DNA from: Candidatus Jordarchaeales archaeon | GTDB taxonomy: Archaea; Asgardarchaeota; Jordiarchaeia; Jordiarchaeales; Freyrarchaeaceae | NCBI GenBank assembly: GCA_038889235.1 | Contig: JAWAHN010000001.1 | Span: 1 to 32,000 of the forward strand | DNA: 32,000 nucleotides | Direction: 5' to 3' | Shown here: positions 1-8,060 of the stretch, in pieces | Position numbering within the stretch: the stretch's first letter is position 1 | Layout of the letters: each line of letters opens with the position of its first letter | Made by a program: the position numbers and the translations under genes | The notes under the pieces: model-generated | The model's input: the letters and a program-made list of their open reading frames with translations, nothing else | Databases searched by the model: none | What the model was told of the DNA's origin: nothing

Positions 1-13
1 CCCGGCAAAAACA

Positions 14-1586
14 GAAACAAAAACAGTCCCCACAAATGGGGATTGAAAGACAACAAATAATACAGGCGGCCATAGAAGCCCGGCAAAAACAGAAACAAAA
101 ACAGTCCCCACAAATGGGGATTGAAAGACAACAAATAATACAGGCGGCCATAGAAGCCCGGCAAAAACAGAAACAAAAACAGTCCCCACAAATGGGGATT
201 GAAAGTGTTCCTCTCACTTGTTTTTTAATGTTTGCAATGAAACATGAAACAAAAACAGTCCCCACAAATGGGGATTGAAAGCGGACGATTGACTCAACGT
301 CCTCGCCCGCCACTGGTTCCGCGAAACAAAAACAGTCCCCACAAATGGGGATTGAAAGTAGTTAAAGTCCACTCCGAACTCCCTGCGAAGCAGCTGGGAA
401 ACAAAAACAGTCCCCACAAATGGGGATTGAAAGCAAAATTCCCTCTCAGATTTGAACACATACCATTTTTCTGAAAGAAACAAAAACAGTCCCCACAAAT
501 GGGGATTGAAAGCAAAAACCGATCTGCCGGAGCGAAAGGCTAGGGGCGAGAAACAAAAACAGTCCCCACAAATGGGGATTGAAAGTTTAAAACAAGCGTA
601 CCGTTCCTGCCCCCCACCACCAAACTGAAAAACTTTCAAGAAACAAAAACAGTCCCCACAAATGGGGATTGAAAGGACGGCAACCAAGCGCTTCCCCCCT
701 CTGGGCAGCCTAGAAACAAAAACAGTCCCCACAAATGGGGATTGAAAGAAAGATAATTGCGGACGCATCCCGCTTCACGATTCCAGAAACAAAAACAGTC
801 CCCACAAATGGGGATTGAAAGAAAGATAATTGCGGACGCATCCCGCTTCACGATTCCAGAAACAAAAACAGTCCCCACAAATGGGGATTGAAAGTATAAC
901 TGCAGCTATCTTTTCCGCCTCGTCCCGTGTTTGAAACAAAAACAGTCCCCACAAATGGGGATTGAAAGTCTGCAGAAGAGATGTACCTTGAGTTTTTTGC
1001 TAAGTTGGTGCGAAACAAAAACAGTCCCCACAAATGGGGATTGAAAGTTTATATTTTTTTCGTCCATTGCCTAAACATGAGCTCTTGAAACAAAAACAGT
1101 CCCCACAAATGGGGATTGAAAGTTAGCTACAATATATGTATAGGGGTGGTTGGACTTACTGCCAAGAAACAAAAACAGTCCCCACAAATGGGGATTGAAA
1201 GTCTCGCCTGCGCCACCCATCCCACCCCTCACCCTAGCCAGAAACAAAAACAGTCCCCACAAATGGGGATTGAAAGATCCTCAGCAGAGTGTCGATGAGC
1301 TGGGTGAAGTCGCTGACCGGAAACAAAAACAGTCCCCACAAATGGGGATTGAAAGCCAAAGATGTCAAGATAGAAGACAATCTAGGAGAAGTTATCTCTA
1401 GAAACAAAAACAGTCCCCCACAAATGGGGATTGAAAGTGCTACTAGTTTGCCTTTTTTAAGTTTTTTTGTCACGTAGAAACAAAAACAGTCCCCACAAAT
1501 GGGGATTGAAAGCCCGGTTTTAGGGAGATTACCCCGGCCATGTTTGCTACGAAACAAAAACAGTCCCCACAAATGGGGATTGAAAG
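14..1586 (+). CRISPR. CRISPR array: 21 repeats, 20 complete spacers (18 unique), truncated at the left window edge
   Basis: Repeat GAAACAAAAACAGTCCCCACAAATGGGGATTGAAAG (36 nt) starts at 14, 92, 170, 246, 323, 398, 477, 550, 640, 713, 786, 859, 933, 1012, 1087, 1166, 1241, 1320, 1401 (37 nt, extra C), 1477 and 1551. Spacers are 37-54 nt. The hairpin TCCCCA-CAAA-TGGGGA runs into the 3' ATTGAAAG handle typical of Cas6-processed class 1 repeats, which supports + strand transcription. Confidence 0.98.
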
Positions 1587-1689
1587 TTTTCTCTATTTCA
1601 GGTACTTTCACTCGCACCATTTTGAAGTAAAAGGAGTCTTCGCGTATGGGGGGTTGGAGGGTTTAGTTATTTTTGAGGTGGGATGTAAA

Positions 1690-1761
1690 GGTGGGGGTTT
1701 TGGTGGGGTTGTTTGGGGGTGGGTTTTGGGTTGGGTGGTGTTGGGGGGTTTGTTTGTTTTT
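1690..1761. repeat. 72-nt low-complexity tract of only G and T, matching the G-quadruplex consensus
   Basis: No A or C from 1690 to 1761. Seven G-runs of 3-6 nt (1693, 1705, 1715, 1721, 1728, 1733, 1743) are separated by 1-7 nt loops. Confidence 0.85.
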
Positions 1762-2278
1762 ATTTTTGTTTGAGTATTTGTTTGTATTGTTGTGCTAGTT
1801 GGGCGTAGCTTTCTGCGCTTAGTTTTATTGTTAGTTTGTGGTGTTCTTCGATTTTTTTGACTGGTTTTGCTGGGTTGCCGAGGACTAGGCTTTCGGGTGG
1901 GATTTGGGTGTTTGGTGTTATGACGGCTCCTGCTCCGATTATGCAGTTGTCTCCTATTGTTGCTCCGTCTAGTACTGTGCTGTTGATTCCTATTATTACG
2001 TAGTTTCCTATTGTTGCTCCGTGGATTACGGCTCCGTGTCCGACTGTTACGTAGTCTCCTATTGTGCATGGTGTTATTCCTGCGTGGATTGAGCAGTTGT
2101 CTTGTATGTTTGAGTATTTTCCTATTTTTATTGTTGAGAGGTCTCCTCTTACTACGGCGTAGTCGAAGATTGAGGATCCTTCGCCTAGTTCGACGTCTCC
2201 TGATACGAGGGCGTTTGGGCTGACGTATGCTGTGGGGTGGATTTTGGGGGTTTTGCCGAGGTATTCGATTATGGGCAT
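1760..2278 (-). CDS. gamma-carbonic anhydrase family protein (YrdA/CaiE/PaaY-like left-handed beta-helix)
   Basis: Hexapeptide repeats with the family segments VVRGD, SNIQDNCSIH and VTVGHGAVIHGATIG (three His ligands), plus a C-terminal helix. Confidence 0.92.
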   Translation of the reverse strand: MPIIEYLGKTPKIHPTAYVSPNALVSGDVELGEGSSIFDYAVVRGDLSTIKIGKYSNIQDNCSIHAGITPCTIGDYVTVGHGAVIHGATIGNYVIIGINSTVLDGATIGDNCIIGAGAVITPNTQIPPESLVLGNPAKPVKKIEEHHKLTIKLSAESYAQLAQQYKQILKQK

Positions 2279-2340
2279 GTGTGGGTCCCCCTGGGGGGAG
2301 GGGTTTGCTGGCTATTTTAGAGGTTGTTTTTTGTCTTTAA

Positions 2341-2453
2341 CTTTTCTGTTTTGGGTTTTGTTTCGGGTTTGGTTGTTGTGTTTCTTTTTCGGGTTTCTTG
2401 TTTGGCTTGTGTTTGGCGGGTTGTTTGGTTTGTGTTTTCGTGTTGGTGGGGGT
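2341..2453. repeat. 113-nt intergenic low-complexity tract with no A on + (no U in the - strand transcript)
   Basis: Read directly: no A between 2341 and 2453. Lies between the OsmC stop and the gamma-CA start. Confidence 0.8.
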
Positions 2454-2464
2454 AGGGGGTGTGT

Positions 2465-2893
2465 TTAGGGTTGCTTGGTTTCGGGTTTTACTTCTACGTT
2501 GACGGTTATTCCTTTGGTTACTGATTCTGTTACTGTGCAGTATTCTCTGAATATTTCGAAGCATCTTTCGGCTCTTTTTGGGATTTCTCCGGTGAAGACT
2601 GGCGAGAGGGTTACGTTGATTTCTTTGACTCTGAGTCTTCCTTCGGGTCTGTGTAGGGTTAGTTTTGCTTTTGCTGAGAAGGAGGCTGGCTCGGTTTTGG
2701 CTTTGCTGAGGCAGTATAGGAGGGAGCCTGACAGGCAGCCGGCTACTGCTGTTAGTAGGAAGTGGAGGGCGCTTGGGCCTTCGCTCTTTGCTTCTTCGAC
2801 CACGATTTTCTGTATCCCTTTGAACTCTACTGTGACTTTTCCGCCGCCGGCCCATTCTATGGTTGCTTCAATTGAGGGGGGTTCGGCGCTCAC
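2465..2893 (-). CDS. OsmC/Ohr family protein
   Basis: 142 aa with GPSALHFLLTAVAGCLSGS (first Cys) and FREYCTVTESV (second Cys), the OsmC two-Cys layout. Confidence 0.85.
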   Translation of the reverse strand: MSAEPPSIEATIEWAGGGKVTVEFKGIQKIVVEEAKSEGPSALHFLLTAVAGCLSGSLLYCLSKAKTEPASFSAKAKLTLHRPEGRLRVKEINVTLSPVFTGEIPKRAERCFEIFREYCTVTESVTKGITVNVEVKPETKQP

Positions 2894-2932
2894 GTTAAAC
2901 CACCCGTGGCGACCGGTTTTCTTTAACGGTTT

Positions 2933-3724
2933 TTATTTCGGCGTTATTCCTGTAAATTTTTGCGGTGGCGTCTTCTTTTTTTCTAGGAAGTTTTTGCTTC
3001 TCTGCTTGAATTCTTCGGTTGCCCAGACCATTGCTGTCACGTCTCTGGCGAGCTGCCAGTTTAGCATTGCCAAGTCGGTCCAGAACTTTAGGGAGGACTT
3101 GATTACCCTGAATGCTTGGGGGCTTGCTTTCTCGACGACTTCTAGTGCGAGTTTCTCTGCTTCTGTTTCTGCTTCGCTGTCCTCGACGACCCTGTTCACT
3201 AGGCCGAGCTGGTAGGCTTCCTGCGCTGTTAGAAGTTTGGCGGTGAAGAGGAGTTCTCTCGCTCTCTTTTCTCCGACTATTAGTGGTAGGAGTTGGACTC
3301 CGCCGCCCAGCGCTGTGGATCCGACCGCTATTTCGGGCTGCCCCAGCTTGGCTGACTTGCCGGCGACTACTAGGTCGCACATCATGGCGAGCTCGTGGCC
3401 GGCGGCGACGCAGGCTCCTCTCACGCATGCGACCACGAGCTTTCCTGTGTCCCTGACGATGTCGATGAGCCTCTTGTAGGCGCTCTGCCACCTTAGCCCG
3501 GATTCGAAGTCGCTTTTTAGGAGCTCGTTGAGGTCTGCTCCCGCGCAGAAGTCGCTTCCCTCGCTGGTGAGGATTATGGCTTTCACGTCGTCGTCTCTGT
3601 CGGCTTTCACAAAGGCGTCGTAGAGCTCGTTTAGGAGGGAGGTGTTTAGCAGACACGGCTTCCCCTTGTACACTATCCTAATCCAGGCTAGGGGCCCCTT
3701 CTTCTCCAGTTTCACCTGCTCCAA
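2933..3724 (-). CDS. enoyl-CoA hydratase/isomerase (crotonase) superfamily protein
   Basis: Motifs FCAGADL, GACVAAGHELAMMCDL, GQPEI and AQEAYQLGLVNRVV. Starts 4 nt after the dehydrogenase stop. Confidence 0.93.
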   Translation of the reverse strand: MEQVKLEKKGPLAWIRIVYKGKPCLLNTSLLNELYDAFVKADRDDDVKAIILTSEGSDFCAGADLNELLKSDFESGLRWQSAYKRLIDIVRDTGKLVVACVRGACVAAGHELAMMCDLVVAGKSAKLGQPEIAVGSTALGGGVQLLPLIVGEKRARELLFTAKLLTAQEAYQLGLVNRVVEDSEAETEAEKLALEVVEKASPQAFRVIKSSLKFWTDLAMLNWQLARDVTAMVWATEEFKQRSKNFLEKKKTPPQKFTGITPK

Positions 3725-3728
3725 CCGC

Positions 3729-4637
3729 TCACCTCCTCTCCTCTCTTTTCAGCCCGAAGAACTCGTACCATCCGCCCCTGCTTCCAGGGTTGAACTTCGG
3801 GTCGCCTAGGTAGCCTGAAAGGACTAGCTTTTTCAGGGTTACAGGCGGGGCGTATCGCTTCTCCCTTGTTTCCCTGTAAATGTACTCGCTGACTTGCAGC
3901 GCTGTGTGGAGCCCTGTGAAGTCCATTAGCTCGAAGGGGCCCATCGGGAAGCTGAAGGCGAGCTTGCACATCTCGTCGATCTCCTTTATTCCAGCTACCC
4001 CGGCCTCGAAAAGCCTTATAGCCTCCATGAACCAGCAGATCATGAATCTCGTCGTGAAGAATCCCGGCACGTCTTTTGCTTCTATCGGTGTCTTTCCAAG
4101 CCTCTTCGCCAGTTCTACTGTTAGCCTGTATGTTTCCTCAGACGTCAGTGCCCCCCTCACCACCTCCACTAGCTTCATCACGGGAGCCGGGTTGAACCAG
4201 TGCATGCCGATGAACCTGTCCTTCCTCTCGACGGCAGACGCGAGGTCACTTATCATTATAGCTGAGGTGCTTGAGGCGAAGACCACTTCCTCCCTGCATA
4301 TTTTGTCTAGCTCAGAGAAAACCTTCTTTTTCACCTCCACATCCTCTGGCACCGCTTCTACAACGAAGTCGACTCCTGCGAAGTCCCGCATGGAGGTTGT
4401 CGCCCTAATCCTGCTCATGATCTTCTCAACTTCGTCCGCCGCCAGGCGCCCCTTCTCGACGAGCCTCTCCAAGCCAAAGGCACCAGACCTTATCAGGGTC
4501 AACGCTCTCTTGAGTGTTTCCTCACTCCTGCTGAAGAGCACCACCTCGTACCCGCTTCTAGCACACACTTGAGCTATACCGTGCCCTATGGTGCCAGCTC
4601 CCAGAACACCAACTACTTTAATATCCTCTACCCTCAT
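3729..4637 (-). CDS. 3-hydroxyacyl-CoA dehydrogenase (NAD-binding), Hbd/PaaH-like
   Basis: Rossmann VLGAGTIGHGIAQ, VVEAVPE, GMHWFNPAPVMKLVEVV and MGPFELMD. I moved the start from 4661 to ATG 4637 because GGAGGTG lies just upstream of it. Confidence 0.95.
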   Translation of the reverse strand: MRVEDIKVVGVLGAGTIGHGIAQVCARSGYEVVLFSRSEETLKRALTLIRSGAFGLERLVEKGRLAADEVEKIMSRIRATTSMRDFAGVDFVVEAVPEDVEVKKKVFSELDKICREEVVFASSTSAIMISDLASAVERKDRFIGMHWFNPAPVMKLVEVVRGALTSEETYRLTVELAKRLGKTPIEAKDVPGFFTTRFMICWFMEAIRLFEAGVAGIKEIDEMCKLAFSFPMGPFELMDFTGLHTALQVSEYIYRETREKRYAPPVTLKKLVLSGYLGDPKFNPGSRGGWYEFFGLKREERR

Positions 4638-4699
4638 AGAAACCACCACCTCCACGAGCACGTAGAACTAAGGGGGAAAAGAGAGAGCCTTTTCTACAA

Positions 4700-4737
4700 A
4701 AAGGGGGCAAGCCGGGCCCTTAAAAAATAGGGGCCGG
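4700..4737 (-). terminator. possible terminator downstream of the RLP gene
   Basis: On - strand, an imperfect 9-bp inverted repeat (4712-4720/4729-4737) around a T6 run, followed by CCCCCTTTTT. It could instead be the promoter of the dehydrogenase gene. Confidence 0.35.
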
Positions 4738-4746
4738 GTGCGTCTC

Positions 4747-6057
4747 TCACACTATCCTCGTCGCCTTCCAGGTTTTCAGCGCTACATCAAGTTCTTTGTG
4801 TTCTTTCGCCGCCTCCTCGAGCGGAATACCCTTCATAGTAGCCTCTACGGCTTGCCTGAAAGCCATGGCGCCCGCCCTGGGTCCCTGCGGGTGGGCGTGT
4901 ATTCCGCCCCCGACGCCTATCACTATGTCTGGTCCGAGGTCGAAGACTAGCAGGGGGACGTGTGAGGGTATTATTCCTCCAGACGGCATCGGGAAGACTT
5001 TCTTCAGGTGGTAGAACGGGTACCTTAGCACTTTAGCTATCTTGATGTAGTTTTCTCGCAGGAATGGGGCTTTGCCGTAGGGTGCAGGGTAGACGACTAT
5101 GTCGGCTCCAGCCATCCTCGGGAACTTGCCCATTATGAGGTGGGCGCTTAAACCGTACTCGGGTGACATGTATATCGCGCCCGTGAAGTCGGGGAGGTGT
5201 GCGAGTATCGGCACGTTTATGCTTGGGTCCTCGGCCAGGTCCCTTAGGGTTTCAAAGCCGACGGGGACGGCGTCCACCATAAGCGCGTTTCCGCCGAGCT
5301 CTATGACGCGGTCGGCTAGCTCTAGGACGCGGGAGGGCCTATCGGTTATGTTGACAGTGTAGAGCGTTTTCTCGCCTTTCTCCTCGTTCGCCCTGTCTAT
5401 CGCCTCCATGAACTTGACAACCCTATCCTCAACCCTATTGAGCTCCATGTCGGCTAGGAGCTCGTCGTCCTTTATTATGTCAACCCCTCCCGCGGCAACC
5501 TCGTAGGCGAGCTCGGCGCCTATGTCCGGAGGCGAGTAAACGCAGGGCTTTATCATGTTGTTTATGAGCGGTCTGTCCTTCACTCCGAGGATTTTCCTGA
5601 CGCCTTCTATGCCGAACTTAGCTCCCTTGAATCCCTCAACGAACTTTCTCGGGAAAGTTATGTCGAGCAGCTTTATTTTTCCCCCGGCCAGTATGTTGCC
5701 TGCAACGGTGGCAAGCAGGACGGGGAACTGGGAGCCGCAAAGGTTAACGAGCGGGAAGGCTATCTGGATTATGTACTGCCTCTCCTCTACGCCCTTGGGA
5801 AGCGACCACTGGTATGACGGGGCCTCGTAGACCCCGATCACCCTGGCAGCGTGTTTACGTTTAACTTCGGGAGTCTCCTTGGGTACCGGCGTCCAGGTTC
5901 CAGTGCTCTGCTCTATGGCGGCAGCCTGAGCCACCACGTTTGCATCCAGACCCGCGGGAAGCGAAACATAGTACGTCGCAACGACGTATTCTTCCGGGTC
6001 GAAGCCCTCGGGAAGCGCCTCGGGGGCGTCAATATACTCATACTCGAAGCCGCCCAT
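4747..6057 (-). CDS. RuBisCO-like protein (form IV RLP), function unknown
   Basis: RuBisCO large-subunit motifs AIEQSTGTW, GGVDIIKDDE, MPSGG and GVGGGIHAHP. Several RuBP-binding or catalytic positions are substituted (MIKPC, AHLPD, VVYPAPYGK). Start placed at ATG 6057; the track gives GTG 6072. Confidence 0.92.
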   Translation of the reverse strand: MGGFEYEYIDAPEALPEGFDPEEYVVATYYVSLPAGLDANVVAQAAAIEQSTGTWTPVPKETPEVKRKHAARVIGVYEAPSYQWSLPKGVEERQYIIQIAFPLVNLCGSQFPVLLATVAGNILAGGKIKLLDITFPRKFVEGFKGAKFGIEGVRKILGVKDRPLINNMIKPCVYSPPDIGAELAYEVAAGGVDIIKDDELLADMELNRVEDRVVKFMEAIDRANEEKGEKTLYTVNITDRPSRVLELADRVIELGGNALMVDAVPVGFETLRDLAEDPSINVPILAHLPDFTGAIYMSPEYGLSAHLIMGKFPRMAGADIVVYPAPYGKAPFLRENYIKIAKVLRYPFYHLKKVFPMPSGGIIPSHVPLLVFDLGPDIVIGVGGGIHAHPQGPRAGAMAFRQAVEATMKGIPLEEAAKEHKELDVALKTWKATRIV

Positions 6058-6111
6058 CTCACACCACTCCACGGCCTTAAAAAGTCCTTCAAAATATTTG
6101 GGATATTATTA

Positions 6112-6125
6112 GTTATAAATTTGCC
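6112..6125 (-). promoter_or_regulatory. BRE/TATA promoter of the RLP gene
   Basis: - strand GGCAAATTTATAAC about 55 nt upstream of the ATG. Confidence 0.5.
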
Positions 6126-6903
6126 GAAAAAGGGGGAAGGCTTCTAGTCGGGCCGGCTGTAGAGTGGAGTGAATTCTTAGACACTGCTTGACTATTGAAG
6201 GTTGAGGCTGTTGACGCCAGCTTACTTTATGCTTAAAAGGGAGGGCTGTCTGCTCCATGTGGTGTGACGCCCCCACCCTTCAAACTTCCGCTTCCTCGCA
6301 GGTGGATGCGACCCGGCGCTCCAGAGTACCCGCGTCGTGAATGTTAGGAGGGGTTGTGGGCGCCGGGGGCTTTAACCCGTGTTACCCTTCCGTTGAAGGG
6401 GTGAAGCGTGGCTTGTGCGACCGCCCCCTCAGACTCAAATTTTCATCCTAGCTGCTCTTCAATCTCGTAGGTCGTGCTCCCTTCCCCCTGGGGGTCATAG
6501 AAACGGTGCGCCGAGTGTATTTGGGCGGCGTTCCTTCACGGCCGCTACTAACCCGGCTTAATCGTGGGGCGATGCGCGGTGCCAAAACTTTCTTTTAGCA
6601 GTGTGCAAGAGAGGCGCCTTCAGTGGCACGTGAGTTCGTTTCCACGATGGATGAGGAAAGGCCTCGCCCCTTCTTTTTAACGAAGTGTTCCTTTGAGGCT
6701 GTGAGCTCCCCGTCGGAGATGCATGCTTTCCTGGTAGGCTCAACCGGGCACGCATCTATGTGTAACAAACTTAAACCGCCAGGGGGAATTTAATTTCTAT
6801 GGGAAAGGAGGCGGAGCGCTTTAAAGGTGGGTTCGCGTGTTCGCCTACTGGCCTCGCGGATCCGCTGGAACCCTTATGCCTCTGTGGTTGAGGTTTCACT
6901 TTC

Positions 6904-7962
6904 GTGGGGTGCTCGTTCTTGAGCGCGTATTGTAGCATGGTTAGGCAGGGTTATGCTTCAGGTAGCTGTATGGTTGAGATGGGCGACGGGTCGTTTAGGC
7001 CGGCGTGTAAGGCGACTCTTAGAAAGGAGGGGGACACCTGGTATAGGCTTATCAGGGCGGCTCACTTGTCTAGGCCGGAGGACTACCTCAGCATTTACCA
7101 GAGCGGGTGTAACCACAGCTGTTTGAAGTGCCACTCTTGGGATTTCTCGCAGAGGTATAATGGCTTCTGGGCTTCTGTTGAGGAGCTGGCTGAGATGGCG
7201 GCGGAGTACGAGGGGATTGTGACCGTCTGGGAACCTAGGGAGAGAGCGACAATGTTTCATGCCACCGACCTGTGCCACCACTGCGGCATGTGCGTCGTTT
7301 ACGGTGTGAGAGGGAGGCTTTGCCCCAGGAAGCTTAGGCGGGAGCAGGTTGTTTTGAGCCCGCAGGGGTATGGGCCTGCCAGGAACATTGTTTCGTTCAC
7401 CGGCGGCGACGTCGTCTGTCAGGCGGAGTTCTACGCTGAGGCGGCGGAGGCAATTAAGGACGCGTGCTCAAATATGTGGGTTCTCATTGAGACCAATGGT
7501 TACGGGCTCACGCCAAGGAACCTCGAGGTCCTAGCTTCCGGCGGGGTCGACTCTTTCTGGCTCGACATTAAGGCTTACGACGAGGAAGTTTATAGGCGCC
7601 TCTGCGGGACCACGAACAAGTGGATTCTGGAGGCGCCCGAGCTCATAGTTGACATGGGCTTCGTACTCGAGGTTCTAACGCTCTACATTCCGGGGTGGGT
7701 TGAAGTCGACCAGATCGTCAAGGTAGCTGAGCTCGTGCGCGACGTAGACCCGGAGATCCCCTTCACAGTCCTAGCATTCTTCCCAGCTTACAGGCTGTCT
7801 AACGTTAGGAGCCCAAGCCTTCTAGAGATGGTCAAAGCGTACCTCGCAGTCAAAGAGACGGGGCTGAAAAACGTTAAGCTGGGGAACTGCGGGGTCTTCG
7901 CGAGAACACGGGAGGACTGGGATATCCTCCTAGCAACCGTAGGACTGGAAGCCATAGGGTAG
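6904..7962 (+). CDS. radical SAM protein (PFL-activase/PflX-like, archaeal type)
   Basis: CxxxCxxC motif GCNHSCLKCHSW, FTGGD, IETNG and WLDIKA, plus an extra CxxCxxC-x9-CP segment. Confidence 0.9.
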   Translation: MGCSFLSAYCSMVRQGYASGSCMVEMGDGSFRPACKATLRKEGDTWYRLIRAAHLSRPEDYLSIYQSGCNHSCLKCHSWDFSQRYNGFWASVEELAEMAAEYEGIVTVWEPRERATMFHATDLCHHCGMCVVYGVRGRLCPRKLRREQVVLSPQGYGPARNIVSFTGGDVVCQAEFYAEAAEAIKDACSNMWVLIETNGYGLTPRNLEVLASGGVDSFWLDIKAYDEEVYRRLCGTTNKWILEAPELIVDMGFVLEVLTLYIPGWVEVDQIVKVAELVRDVDPEIPFTVLAFFPAYRLSNVRSPSLLEMVKAYLAVKETGLKNVKLGNCGVFARTREDWDILLATVGLEAIG

Positions 7963-8060
7963 CCCAGTGAAAGCCGGCAAAATATTCCATCTACTCGCCT
8001 ACAACCACCGGCGGATTCCACCCAGGGGCGCCGCGCTAGGAGTCCATGCTGCGCTGGGCG

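Noticed and set aside
50-1550. Self-targeting of window genes by CRISPR spacers
   Set aside because: By eye I found only short chance matches of about 9 nt. This was not exhaustive; a BLASTn-short search is needed to exclude it.
36-1773. The many ORFs called across the CRISPR array
   Set aside because: They are translations of repeats and spacers (recurring KQKQSPQMGIES, FNPHLWGLFLF) with no independent coding signal.
1608-2855. ORFs 1608..2069 (-), 2337..2855 (-), 2011..2223 (+) and 2232..2468 (+)
   Set aside because: Shadow frames that stay open because the extreme G/T skew removes stop codons. They overlap the real gamma-CA and OsmC genes and have low-complexity translations.
2475-4572. 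Long alternative ORFs 2475..3215 (+), 2895..3656 (-) and 3880..4572 (+)
   Set aside because: Antisense or off-frame to well-supported crotonase, OsmC and dehydrogenase genes, with no motifs. The same applies to the other short overlapping ORFs in the track.
4747-6057. Bona fide CO2-fixing RuBisCO (form III) with gamma-CA as a carbon-concentrating partner
   Set aside because: The K177, R295 and H327 equivalents are substituted, which marks a form IV RLP. The gamma-CA-like gene is 2.5 kb away.
6550-6663. RNase P RNA-like words AACCCGGCTTA (6550) and GAGGAAAGG (6653)
   Set aside because: They are in the reverse of the required order, and I found no other RNase P conserved regions around them.
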